Below are positions 48,888 through 59,700 of a stretch of 64,000 nt of DNA, in pieces; within the stretch, counting starts at the first letter, position 1, and the number at the start of each line of letters is the position of its first letter. The stretch covers positions 5,120,001-5,184,000 of the forward strand of contig CBDCXR010000004.1 in the NCBI GenBank assembly GCA_965223845.1. The letters are read 5' to 3'. The notes under the pieces are model-generated. The model searched no databases and was not told the DNA's origin. It worked only from the letters and a program-made list of their open reading frames with translations. The stretch comes from Planctomycetota bacterium. Lineage in GTDB: Bacteria > Planctomycetota > UBA8108 > SXIK01. The position numbers were made by a program, and so were the translations under genes.

Positions 48888-49077
48888 GCTCGGTCGATTC
48901 CGCACTCTCCTTGATGCGGCCGGAAGCTACCGCCCTCAGGTCTTGTCTCTCCGCCGCTCGGCCTCGAGCCGAATCCTGTTCTACCGCCGGCTTCTCGCTT
49001 TCCAACCAACGTACGAGCACGTCCGCGAACATCGAATCGACGTTCGCTAAGCCGCGTTCGGCAACTCGACCAACACC

Positions 49078-52000
49078 ATGCCGACCTCTCCTTTCTCCTG
49101 CGTTCTCATCGGCGCCGACACTCTCCTCATGGAGTGCGGCCGCGTGCTCTCGGACCGAGGGCACGAGATCGTCGCCGTGGTCTCGGACGCCCCGCGCATT
49201 CGCGCGTGGGCGGCCGAGAGCAACCTCCGCTCGTTCAGCGTTTCGGGAGATTACGCAAGCGAGTTGCGGGGCACTCCCTTCGATTACCTCTTCAGCATCA
49301 CTCACCTCGCAATCCTTCCCGAGGACGTCCTCGCGCTGCCCGCTAGAGGCGCGGTGAACTTTCACGACGGTGTCCTTCCGCGCTACGCCGGCCTCAACAC
49401 ACCGGTGTGGGCGCTCCTTCGCGGTGAGGAGCAGTATGGGATTACGTGGCATCGCATCACGACGGGAATCGATCGCGGCGACGTCCTCGAGCGGCGCTCG
49501 TTCGAGATCGCTCCGGGTGAGACCGCGCTCTCTCTCAACACGCGGTGCTTCGAGGCGGCGCTCGAATCGTTTCCCGATCTCCTCGCGCGCCTCGAGGCGG
49601 GCGACGAGACGGCTGAGACGCAGGACTTTTCCTCTCGGAAATACTTCGGCCGGTACGACCGCCCGGCCGCTGAGTGCGCGATCGATTGGCGGGAGTCGGC
49701 GGAGGACATCGCTCGGCTGGTCCGGGCGCTCGACTTCGGCACCTATCTCAATCCGATCGGTTGCCCGAAGATCGCCGCGAACCGCCACGGCGCACTCGTG
49801 CGATCCGCGGAGGTCCGCGCCGAGGCAACGAGCGCGGCACCGGGAACCGTCGTCTCGGTCGACGACGACGCGCTCGTCGTCGCCGCGGGCGACGGAGTGA
49901 TCGCGCTGACCGCGCTCTCCACTCCCGACGGCGAAGAGCGGACGGTCGCGGAGTTTTGCGAGGCCGCGGAGCTCGTCGCCGGTCGCGCTCTCGACGACCT
50001 CGCACCCGCGCTCGCCGAGCGGGTCGGGGCGACGCGCGTCGCCCGCGGCGAGACCGTGTGGACCCAGCGTCTCGCGGAGCTCGATGGCTACGAGCTTCCG
50101 TACGCCGATTCGTCTGCCGATCTCGGCGCGCCACCGGAAACGTTCGGGGAAATCGAGATCGATGTTCCCGCCGAGTTTCGCGCGCTCGAAGGAGGCGGTG
50201 ATGCGGAGTCGGTCGTCGCGGGGATCGCGGCCTACTTCGCCCGACTCGCGGACCGAAAGCGGATCGAGATCGCCTACCGCGACGCCGAGATCGATCGCGT
50301 GACGCAGGGTCTCGATGCGTGGTTCGGGACCCGAGTCCCGTTCGTGCTCGAGATCGACGATGCCGAGGCGTTTTCGGTCGCGCTCGGCGCGGTGAGGGCG
50401 GAGCTGGACGCCGTGCGGAAACGCGGCCCCTTCCTCCGCGACGTTCTCGCCCGCTACCCGGAGCTCCAGTCACGCGAGGATCTTCGCGCAGGGCGGCTGC
50501 TCCCCGTGGCCATCGAGATCGGCGATCGAGCGGACGACCGGACCCCCGCGCCCGGGACGCAGCTCCGTGCCCGCGTCAGCGAAGACGGGGCGCGCATCCG
50601 GCTCGACTTCGACCCGCGCGCGCTCTCCCCCGTCCACGTGGGATCGATCGCGACGCAGCTCGCCTCGTTCTTCGCCGGCGTGTCGGCTGACGCCGATCGA
50701 CCATGCTCACGAACGCCCATTCTCAGCGACGACGATCTCCGGCGGATCCTCGTCGAGTGGAACGACACGGAGCGCGAGTTTCCCCGTGACGCCCTCGTCC
50801 ACACTCTCTTCGAGGCTCAAGTCGAGCGGACTCCGGACGCGCCCGCACTCGTCTTCGAGAACACGACGCTGAGCTATCGCGAGCTGAACGCTCGCGCGAA
50901 TCGCGTCGCCAGAGCGCTCCTCGCGCGCGGCGTCGGCCCGGATCGGCTCGTCGGCGTGTGCATCGAGCGGGGTATCGATCTCGTCGTCGCGATCTACGGA
51001 ATCCACAAGGCGGGCGGGGCCTACGTCCCACTCGACCCCGACTACCCGGCCGACCGCCTCGCGATGATGGTCGACGACGCGAAACCGGAGGTCGTCCTGA
51101 CGAGCTCGCGATCCGCTTACGCCGTGCCCGAGGCTGCGGGAACGGTGATTTGTCTCGACGGCGATCGCGCTGCGATCGATGCGCAGTCGGACGAGAACCC
51201 GCGGGTGGAGGTCTCGCCTGCCCATCTCGCCTACGTGATCTACACGTCGGGTTCGACGGGAAAACCCAAGGGCGTGATGGTCGAGCACCGGAACGTCGTC
51301 AACTTCTTCGCGGGAATGGACGAAGTCATTCCGCACGAGTCCGGCGACTCGTGGCTCGCGGTAACGAGTCTCTCGTTCGACATCTCCGTCCTCGAGCTCT
51401 TCTGGACGCTCACTCGCGGACTCCGGGTCGTTCTCTATTCCGATCGAGCGCGCGGCTCGACGTCCACCGCCTCCTCCGCCGAGGAGAAGCACGCAGCGAC
51501 ACCGGTCGATTTCAGTCTCTTCTACTTCTCGAGCAACGAGGAGGAATCGGGCTCGAATAAGTACGAGCTCCTCCTCGAGGGGGCCAAGTTCGGCGATGCA
51601 CACGGGTTCACGGCCGTGTGGACGCCCGAGCGGCACTTTCACGCTTTCGGCGGACTCTATCCCAATCCGGCGGTGACCGGCGCAGCGGTGGCGGCGGTCA
51701 CGAAGAACATCGGCATCCGCGCAGGAAGCGTCGTGCTCCCTCTCCACCACCCGGTACGCGTCGCCGAGGCGTGGTCGATCGTCGACAACCTGTGCGGCGG
51801 GCGCGTCGGCATCTCCGTCGCGTCGGGATGGCAACCGAACGATTTTCTCCTTCGGCCCGAGAGCTACAAGGACGCGAAGGGCGTCATGTTCCGTGACGTC
51901 GAAGTCGTGAAGCGGCTCTGGCGCGGCGAGAAGGTCGCGTTCCCCGGCGCGACGGGCGAAGACGTCGAGGTGCGGACGCTTCCTCGCCCGGTTCAAAAAG

Positions 52001-53811
52001 AACTACCGATCTGGGTGACGACCGCGGGCAACCCCGAGACCTATCGCATGGCCGGCGAAACCGGGGCGAATGTGCTCACCCATCTCCTGGGGCAGTCGGT
52101 CGAAGACCTCGCGCCGAAGATCGAGCTCTACCGGAAGGCCCGAGCCGACGCGGGATTCGATCCCGACGAAGGTGTCGTCTCGCTCATGCTCCACACCTAC
52201 GTGAGCGACGACGCGAGCGAAGTGCGCGATCTCGTGCGCGAGCCGCTCAAGCACTACCTCGGAACCTCGCTCAATCTTCTCAAGCAGTACGCCTCGTCGT
52301 TTCCTGCGTTCACCGACCCGACCGGAGCCGGCAAAGACGCCGACGACGTTTTCAAAAACCTCTCAGAAGAAGAGCAGGACGCGATCCTCGAGCACGCCTT
52401 CGAGCGCTACTACGAGACGAGCGGTCTCTTCGGGACACCGGAGAGCTGCGTGGCGATGGTCGACACGCTCAAAGGAATCGGGGTCGACGACATCGCGTGC
52501 CTCATCGACTTCGGCGTACCGACGCCGAAGGTTCTCGCGAGCCTGCCCCATCTGAATCGCCTGCGCCAGCGCGCGAACGCGCACGCGAGTGATTCAGCAC
52601 GAGCGACGAATGAAAGCGTCGAGACCGACCAGTCCTTCGCGGCTCAGGTCGGACGCCACGAGATCACCCATCTTCAATGCACACCGTCGATGGCGAACAT
52701 GCTCGCCGTCGGCGCCGAGACGCGCGATGCATTGCGCGCGGTGCGTCAGTTCATGATCGGAGGCGAGGCGTTTCCTCCCCCGCTCGCGCGCGAGCTCGAT
52801 GGACTCGTCACCGGCACGGTCACGAACATGTACGGTCCGACCGAAACGACGATCTGGTCGTCGACACAAGTCGTCGAGGGCGCGCCGGACACGATTCCGA
52901 TCGGAAGACCGATTGCGAACACGTCGATCTATATCCTCGACCGCCACCATCAGCCAGTGCCGCCCGGCGTCCCCGGCGAGCTGTGGATCGGCGGAGACGG
53001 TGTCGTCCGCGGCTACTTGAATCGTGACGAGCTCACGGCGGAACGATTCGTCCACGATCCGTTTCGCGAGAGTGGCGCGCGAATGTACCGGACCGGCGAC
53101 CTCGCCCGCTTCCGCGATGATGGCGTGATCGAGTTCCTCGGACGCATCGATCACCAAGTGAAGGTGCGCGGCTACCGGATCGAGCTCGGCGAGATCGAAG
53201 CGGCCCTTCGTCGGCACGAAGGAATCCGCGAGTGCGTCGTCGTTGCGCGCGAAGATCGACCGGGCGACCAGCAGCTCGTCGCTTACTTCACTAGCACGGG
53301 GGACGGCGTCGACACCGATGCGCTCCGAGGCACTCTGCGCGAAACTCTGCCGGACTTCATGGTTCCCGGTCACTTCGTCGCGCTCGCCGCGCTTCCACTC
53401 ACTCCGAACGGGAAGATCGATCGCCGCGCGCTCCCGGCGCCCGAGAGCGTCGAGCCCGCGGCTGCGCGCGAATACGCTCCGCCCACAAACGACACTGAGG
53501 AGGTCATCGCCACGGTGTGGCGGGAGACTCTGGGCCTCAGCAGAGTCGGGGTGAACGACAACTTCTTCGACAGCGGCGGACATTCGCTCCTCGTCGTTCG
53601 AGTCCACCGCTCGCTCTCGGAAAAGATCGACCAGCCCGTCAATTTGACCGACCTCTATCGCTTCCCGACGATTCGCTCGCTCGCCGGCTACCTCACGGAG
53701 GCCGGTGACGAACTGGTGAAGCGAGGAACCGACCGCGCGGCGAAGCGTCGCGACGCGCTCCAGGGCCGGCGTCGACGGGCGGAAGCGCGGCGGAAGTCTC
53801 GCGTGGATTGA
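49078..53811 (+). CDS. Single-module NRPS: formyltransferase - vestigial C - A (split by MupA/Atu3671-type luciferase-like monooxygenase) - PCP
   Basis: F: NFHDGVLPRYAG, GIDRGD; A: LSYRELN, YTSGSTGKPKG, SFDISV, NMYGPTE, GELWIGG, YRTGDL, QVKVRGYRIELGEIE, NGKIDR; LLM: FSLFYF, WTPERHFHAFGG, PVRVAEAW; PCP: FFDSGGHSL. Confidence 0.95.
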   Translation: MPTSPFSCVLIGADTLLMECGRVLSDRGHEIVAVVSDAPRIRAWAAESNLRSFSVSGDYASELRGTPFDYLFSITHLAILPEDVLALPARGAVNFHDGVLPRYAGLNTPVWALLRGEEQYGITWHRITTGIDRGDVLERRSFEIAPGETALSLNTRCFEAALESFPDLLARLEAGDETAETQDFSSRKYFGRYDRPAAECAIDWRESAEDIARLVRALDFGTYLNPIGCPKIAANRHGALVRSAEVRAEATSAAPGTVVSVDDDALVVAAGDGVIALTALSTPDGEERTVAEFCEAAELVAGRALDDLAPALAERVGATRVARGETVWTQRLAELDGYELPYADSSADLGAPPETFGEIEIDVPAEFRALEGGGDAESVVAGIAAYFARLADRKRIEIAYRDAEIDRVTQGLDAWFGTRVPFVLEIDDAEAFSVALGAVRAELDAVRKRGPFLRDVLARYPELQSREDLRAGRLLPVAIEIGDRADDRTPAPGTQLRARVSEDGARIRLDFDPRALSPVHVGSIATQLASFFAGVSADADRPCSRTPILSDDDLRRILVEWNDTEREFPRDALVHTLFEAQVERTPDAPALVFENTTLSYRELNARANRVARALLARGVGPDRLVGVCIERGIDLVVAIYGIHKAGGAYVPLDPDYPADRLAMMVDDAKPEVVLTSSRSAYAVPEAAGTVICLDGDRAAIDAQSDENPRVEVSPAHLAYVIYTSGSTGKPKGVMVEHRNVVNFFAGMDEVIPHESGDSWLAVTSLSFDISVLELFWTLTRGLRVVLYSDRARGSTSTASSAEEKHAATPVDFSLFYFSSNEEESGSNKYELLLEGAKFGDAHGFTAVWTPERHFHAFGGLYPNPAVTGAAVAAVTKNIGIRAGSVVLPLHHPVRVAEAWSIVDNLCGGRVGISVASGWQPNDFLLRPESYKDAKGVMFRDVEVVKRLWRGEKVAFPGATGEDVEVRTLPRPVQKELPIWVTTAGNPETYRMAGETGANVLTHLLGQSVEDLAPKIELYRKARADAGFDPDEGVVSLMLHTYVSDDASEVRDLVREPLKHYLGTSLNLLKQYASSFPAFTDPTGAGKDADDVFKNLSEEEQDAILEHAFERYYETSGLFGTPESCVAMVDTLKGIGVDDIACLIDFGVPTPKVLASLPHLNRLRQRANAHASDSARATNESVETDQSFAAQVGRHEITHLQCTPSMANMLAVGAETRDALRAVRQFMIGGEAFPPPLARELDGLVTGTVTNMYGPTETTIWSSTQVVEGAPDTIPIGRPIANTSIYILDRHHQPVPPGVPGELWIGGDGVVRGYLNRDELTAERFVHDPFRESGARMYRTGDLARFRDDGVIEFLGRIDHQVKVRGYRIELGEIEAALRRHEGIRECVVVAREDRPGDQQLVAYFTSTGDGVDTDALRGTLRETLPDFMVPGHFVALAALPLTPNGKIDRRALPAPESVEPAAAREYAPPTNDTEEVIATVWRETLGLSRVGVNDNFFDSGGHSLLVVRVHRSLSEKIDQPVNLTDLYRFPTIRSLAGYLTEAGDELVKRGTDRAAKRRDALQGRRRRAEARRKSRVD

Positions 53812-53814
53812 CGC

Positions 53815-53899
53815 GGATTTGCGCCGATCGCGTCGACTCCGCGGGGTGGCAAGAGCCCTTCTGTGAGCGGGCCCAAGAATCGAGACTCGGCGCAGATCC
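53815..53899. repeat. 13-bp inverted repeat enclosing 59 nt, directly after the NRPS stop
   Basis: GGATTTGCGCCGA (53815-53827) and TCGGCGCAGATCC (53887-53899), one G-U type mismatch. Confidence 0.6.
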
Positions 53900-54032
53900 A
53901 CCCGCGCGGTCGATCTCGTTGGCGCGACGCCGACCGAAAGGCCGCGTTTCCCGTGTCCGCATCGGTTCTTGGGCCGACCGGTAGCGTTAGAATCTCTTTC
54001 TCGGCAATGGAGAAACGGCGATCGAACCCGCG

Positions 54033-54695
54033 ATGGATTCACTGAGAAAACTCCGCGACGTCTTCTCGCCGAGCGTCATCGTCCAAGTGGCCCTCCCGCT
54101 CGGAGACGATCGCGAGGTCCTGCCGGCCGAACGCGACGTCGTTCGAAGCGCGGTTGAGAAGCGCCGGCGCGAGTTTTACGCCGGACGCGTGGCGGCCCGT
54201 CGTGCCCTCGCCGAGCTCGACATTCACGATTTTCCGCTGCTCCCCGACTCCGATCGCGCGCCGATTTGGCCCGAACGCGTGGTCGGCAGCATCTCTCACA
54301 CGACCGAGTACTGTGTCGTCGTCGTCGATCGCGCCGAGCGGACGCGCTCGATCGGCGTCGATGTCGAACCGAATGAGGAGATCGAAGAGAAGCTCTGGGC
54401 CTCGATCTGCACGGAGGTCGAGCTCGAGCGGATTCGCGAAGCTCCCGAGGAAGATCGCGGGCGTCTCGCGCGATTGATCTTCAGCGCGAAGGAAAGCGTC
54501 TACAAATGCCAGTACCCGCTCACCCGGATGTTCCTCTCATTCGAGGAAGTCGAGACGGAGATCGATCGATCGCGGCACACGTTCCGCGCGACGCTCCCCG
54601 CGTCTGCCGGCGACGCGATCGGCCAGCGGACCGTCGAGGGACACTGGTGCGTCGACGGCGGCTTTCTCGTCACCGGAGTCGAGCTGCCGCGCTGA
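54033..54695 (+). CDS. 4'-phosphopantetheinyl transferase (EntD/Npt-like)
   Basis: KRRREFYAGR.AARRAL, APIWP..VVGSISHT, IGVDVE, FSAKESVYKC. Confidence 0.95.
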   Translation: MDSLRKLRDVFSPSVIVQVALPLGDDREVLPAERDVVRSAVEKRRREFYAGRVAARRALAELDIHDFPLLPDSDRAPIWPERVVGSISHTTEYCVVVVDRAERTRSIGVDVEPNEEIEEKLWASICTEVELERIREAPEEDRGRLARLIFSAKESVYKCQYPLTRMFLSFEEVETEIDRSRHTFRATLPASAGDAIGQRTVEGHWCVDGGFLVTGVELPR

Positions 54696-54800
54696 ACGCA
54701 CGCAAAGCTTGTTCGAACGCGGATGAGCGGTGAGACTGATGGGATCCTCGAACGGCGCGAGTTGCTTCGCGCGACGACGGCAGGATTCGTGATCCCTCGT

Positions 54801-56555
54801 ATGACTGCGCTGACCTCGACACGCAAGCCCGCTCCGGCTCGACGCGCGGCACTGGCCGCGCTGGCGCTGTTTGCCGCCGCCGGCTCGGCGGAGGCGTTCG
54901 ACGAGGTTCCGGCTCCCGATGCTCTCAAGGTCGCCGATCGCCTGCTCGAGTCCGTCCTCGACGACCGCTTGAAGGACGGCGTTCGTCGCACCCCGGCCGA
55001 CGTTGCGAAGTACGTCCTCGAAGAGGTCGCCCGCAAAGAGAAGGACCCCGCGGTTCGCTACGCTGCGTTTCGCGAGACGATTTCGCGCGCGATGCGCGGA
55101 AACGCGTTTCTTCTGGCTCATCGCGCGTTCGACGAGCTGTGCGAGCATCACCGCCTCGTCGATATCCTCGCCCGCGATCCAGAGCTCGCGCGTCGCGCGC
55201 GATCGAAGACGATGGCGGTTTGGACGATCGATGAGCTCGCTGCGGCCGCGCGTCTCGCGACGTCACTCGAGGAGAAGGTCGACACTCTGATGGCGGCGTC
55301 CGACATCGGAAGGAGCGGCGACCTCGCACGGCGGGTCGCCATCGAGCAGCTCTCGATCGCCGTCGAGTGCTTCGTCCGCGGCGCGGCGGCGCACGCGAGA
55401 ACACTCGCGAGATCGTCCGTCCGCCTGGCCGGCGGTCATTCCGCCACGCGACGGCTCGCGCGACGGATGCTGGCGACGTTCGACTCTGCGGTCGCCGAAT
55501 CCTCCCGCCCCGAGGTGAATGCGGCCCTCCGCCGAACGAAGTCGAAGCCGAGCACCGCCGAGCACAATCGCCTCGCCGGGCGATATCTCATGGGCGGCGG
55601 CTGGCGGTGGAAGCGAGCGCTCGCGCTCCTCCGAAGGTGCGACGATGCCGTGCTCGTTGCGCTCGCAAAGAGCGACGCAGCAAATCCGACCAGTTTCGCG
55701 CAGCGCCTCGAGCTCGCCGATCGCTGGCGTGATCGAGCAGCGGAGGAGACGGAATCGCACTACCGCGACGGTATCGCCCGCCGCGCACTACACTGGTACA
55801 CGCTCGCCCTCGGCGATCTCCGATCGATCTCGGAGCGACGAGTTCGCGAGAAGACACTCGAGAAGATCGAGGAGCTTCGGCGGACGCACGATCTCTGGGA
55901 AGTGTCCGAAATCGCGCTCGCGCGGGCGAAGGTCATTTTCACGTTCGAGCCGGACACGGTTTCGGGAACGAAGGACCGAATTGTAAAGGACCAGAGCGGC
56001 TACGGCTTCGTCGGCGCCCTGCGCGGCAAGGCTGCCGTCGTCGAGGGAATCGCGGGCTCGGGATTGAGGTTCGATGGGAACAGTCGCGTACGCGTCGAGC
56101 GGACCGACGCGCTCCGCTTCACCCGGCGGATGACCGCGACGGCTTGGATCCGATCCGACCATCCCGAAGGTGCGATCTGCGTGCAGCATCGGAGCGGCCC
56201 CAACGGTTGCTTCGTGTTCTCGATCTCGCGCGGCCGGTTCTTTTTCGGCGCCTCGCCGCGCCCACATCTTTCCGACCCGATCGCGGACGGCGAGTGGCAC
56301 CACGTCGTCGGTGTCTACGACTCGTCCGCCGGACGCGTCGCTCACTACATCGACGGCGAGCTCGTTGCTTCGTTCGAAGAAAAGCTACCGCTCCCGAACA
56401 AACAGTTCGGGACTCGAGTGGGAAACGAGTCGTCCCACCGGTGGTACTTTCGTGGGACCATCGACGAAGTCGCGCTGATCCCGCGCGCGCTCTCTCCACG
56501 CGAGGTGAATTCTCTCTTCGAACGCGGGCGCGCCGGACGACCACTCGCCGACTGA
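54801..56555 (+). CDS. Secreted helical-repeat protein with C-terminal LamG domain
   Basis: Signal ...AALAALALFAAAGSAEA; LELADRW...RALHWY; DQSG, LRFDG, TATAWIR, DGEWHHVVGVYD, FRGTIDEV. Confidence 0.82.
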   Translation: MTALTSTRKPAPARRAALAALALFAAAGSAEAFDEVPAPDALKVADRLLESVLDDRLKDGVRRTPADVAKYVLEEVARKEKDPAVRYAAFRETISRAMRGNAFLLAHRAFDELCEHHRLVDILARDPELARRARSKTMAVWTIDELAAAARLATSLEEKVDTLMAASDIGRSGDLARRVAIEQLSIAVECFVRGAAAHARTLARSSVRLAGGHSATRRLARRMLATFDSAVAESSRPEVNAALRRTKSKPSTAEHNRLAGRYLMGGGWRWKRALALLRRCDDAVLVALAKSDAANPTSFAQRLELADRWRDRAAEETESHYRDGIARRALHWYTLALGDLRSISERRVREKTLEKIEELRRTHDLWEVSEIALARAKVIFTFEPDTVSGTKDRIVKDQSGYGFVGALRGKAAVVEGIAGSGLRFDGNSRVRVERTDALRFTRRMTATAWIRSDHPEGAICVQHRSGPNGCFVFSISRGRFFFGASPRPHLSDPIADGEWHHVVGVYDSSAGRVAHYIDGELVASFEEKLPLPNKQFGTRVGNESSHRWYFRGTIDEVALIPRALSPREVNSLFERGRAGRPLAD

Positions 56556-56701
56556 GGTGCGGGATCCAACCGGAGAACAGATGGCGAAGCGGTGACGAAG
56601 ATGCTCTCATCGCGGTCCCGCCGTTCTCCGAGCCGCTCCTCCGGCGATTTCCCCGCCCCCCTCGCAATCAGACACGAACCAACCCCAACGGGAGATTGAG
56701 A

Positions 56702-59700
56702 GTGAGATTCGATCGACCCCGCATCGCGCGTGAGCTCACCGTCACGACAACCGCGCTCCTTCTCGCCGCCGCGCTCCTTCCCACTGCGGAGACCGCTGCC
56801 GCGCCCCAAGGGAAGCGCTGGACGGACATGAACTACGGTCCGTACCTCACCGCGGCGATCGAGATTACGAAAGGGAACATCGCCCACAAGGGACTAGCCA
56901 TCCGGCTGGATGCGGGTGACGGCGGAGTCGCGGCGGGACGCGAGTTCTGCATGTTCGATACCGACACGCTCCGCTACGCAGGCGCGTGGAGTGGAGCGGA
57001 GTTCACCGATTGGCGAAGCATCGTGTTCGACGGTTCGCACGGAACTCACCCGAAGATCGTCGGCGATCTTCTCTACGAGAATCGAATCGGACCGGGCTGG
57101 GCGGACGCGGACGGCGGTTTCGACGATCCACGCGTGCGCGGCCGCGACGACGTCGCCTACGGGCCGCTTCCTCGCGAGTGGGCTCGCTGGAAGGGACTCT
57201 ACCTTCACGAAAACCACGTCGTCCTCAACTACACGGTCGGGAGAACGGAAATCCTCGAGCTACCCGGAGTCGAAACGGTCGCCGGCGTTCCCGTGTTCAC
57301 CCGGACGATCGAGCTCGGGCCGCGCTCGGCCGAGCTCGTTCTCCAGGTCGCCCAGCCAAGCAGCAGCGAGATCAAGATCGAAACGGGAGGCGTCCTCGCG
57401 GGACTCTCCAGCGGCGGCGAAGAATCTACGGCGGCCGGCGCGCGACGCCTCGACGGAACGACCAGTCTCGAGATCGCGGGTTCGAAATCGTTCAATCTGA
57501 CCGATGAAGACTTCACGATCAGCGCGCGCATCCGCACGAAGAAGGGTGGGACGATCCTCGCGCGCGCCCCCGCTCGCGGCAATTGGGCTCCGGACGCCGT
57601 CGCGCTCTTCGTCCGCAACGGTCGAGTTTGCTTCGACGTCGGCTGGGTCGGCGTCGTCGTGTCGAAGCGACGGGTCGACGATGGCGAGTGGCACGATGTC
57701 GCGGCGACGTTCGATCAAGCGACCGGTCGGATTCAGCTCTACGTCGACGGGGAAGCGGACTCCGGAAAGGAACTGCAGGCGAAGAATAACCCGAGCGGGC
57801 ACGTTGTTCGCATCGGGTTTGCGTCCCCCGATTTTCCGAAGCCGAGCGCGTTCTCCGGCTCCATCCGAGAGGTTCGTTTGTATCAGCGTCGCCTCGACGC
57901 AGCTCAGTTGGCAGCGGAAGCTACGAAGGACGCGCAGGATCTCCTGGGTCGCTGGATTCTCTCGGACGACGCGCTCCCGCCTCGCGTGGACGATGTCTCC
58001 GGCGGGAAGCATCACGCCACCGCACGGGCGATCGCAGCGAATCGCCCCTCGGTCTCAGCGGCTGCTCGTCCGACCGCATTCGTCGTCGTCGGAGACACGG
58101 ACGCGACGACGTGGAGCGTCGACCCGGCGAATCGTGCGCTCCGGCTGCGGATCGCGGCGGGCGACGACCCGCTTCGCTTCAAGATCGGAATCGCCGCGGC
58201 GAAGAGCGGTGCTGCGCTCGATCTCGATGCGATTCGCTCTTCGCTCCGCGCTCCGGGAGACATCCGCGCGCTCACTCGCGGCGGACCCGGTCGCTGGAAC
58301 GAGACTCTCAACACGAAAGTGTCGACGCTCGGGTCTCCCGAAGGACCGTACGTCGCGGAGGTGATCTCGACGCCGCTCGACAACCCCTACCGCGCGTGGA
58401 TGCGGCTCGGCGGCTTCGACTTCTTCGCGGACGGCAAGCGCGCCGCGGTGTGCACGTGGATGGGAGACGTCTGGACGGTCGACGGCCTCGGCGGCGAGCT
58501 CGAGACGTTTCGCTGGCGCCGGATCGCGACCGGTCTCTATCAGGCGCTCGGACTCAAGATCGTCGACGAGACGGTGTACGTCCTCGGTCGCGATCAGATC
58601 ACGCGTCTACACGACCTCAACGGCGACGGCGAAATCGACTTCTACGAGAACTTCAACAACGACGTCCAGAACACCGAGCATTTTCATGAGTTCGCGATGG
58701 ATTTGCAGACGGACGCCGCGGGAAACTTCTACTTCATGAAGGGGGGACGCCACGCGCTCGACGCCGTCATTCCGCATCACGGCACGGTGCGCAAGGTGTC
58801 GAAGGACGGCGCCACATCTTCGACGGTCGCCTACGGTTTCCGCGCGCCGAACGGGCTCTACGTGCACTCGAGCGGTTCGTTCGTGACGAGCGACCAAGAG
58901 GGACACTGGACACCCGCGAACCGGATCAACTGGGTGAAGCCGGGCGGGTTCTACGGCTACAACTGGAGCTACCACGCGGACGGGACGAAGCGCGAGACGT
59001 ACGATCCTCCCCTCTGCTGGATCCATCCGAAGATGGACCGCTCCCCCGCCGCGCAGCTCTTCGTCGAGAGCGACCGCTGGGGGCCGCTGGGAGGCAAGCT
59101 GCTGTCCCTGTCCTACGGAACGGGCAACGTCCTGCTCGTTCTCAACGAGGAAGTCAATGGAACGCGGCAAGGCGGCGTCGTGCGGCTGCCGGTCGAAATG
59201 TTTCCGACTGGGATCATGCGCGGGCGATTCCACCCGGGGGACGGTCAACTCTACGCGTGCGGGCTGTTCGGCTGGGCCGGGAACCGCACTCAGGCCGGCG
59301 GATTCTATCGCATTCGCTACACCGGAAAGCCGCTCGACGTTCCGACCGCGCTTCACGCGACGGATCGCGGGCTCGTCCTCGAGTTCTCGCGCCCGCTCGA
59401 TCCGCGCCGCGCCGCCGACGCTCGCCGGTACGCCGCCGAGCGCTGGAACTATAAATGGCAGCAGCAGTACGGATCGAAGGACTACCGACTCACGGACGGA
59501 TCGATCGGTCGCGACAAGGTGAAGGTGACGGAAGCGCGTCTCTCGAAGGACGGGCGGAAGCTCTTTCTCGCGATCGACGACATGAAGCCGTGCATGCAGA
59601 TGTGGCTCCGTTATCGGATCACCGCCGCGGACGGTGCTCGCGTCCAGAACGAGATCTATCACACCGTCCACGCGCTCGGCGCGTCGGAGAATCACCTCGA

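Noticed and set aside
56144-56701. N-terminal extensions in the ORF track (also 27660, 28186, 27921, 20770, 44222)
   Set aside because: Overlap neighbouring genes or promoters; downstream starts fit signal peptides, RBS or family N-termini better.
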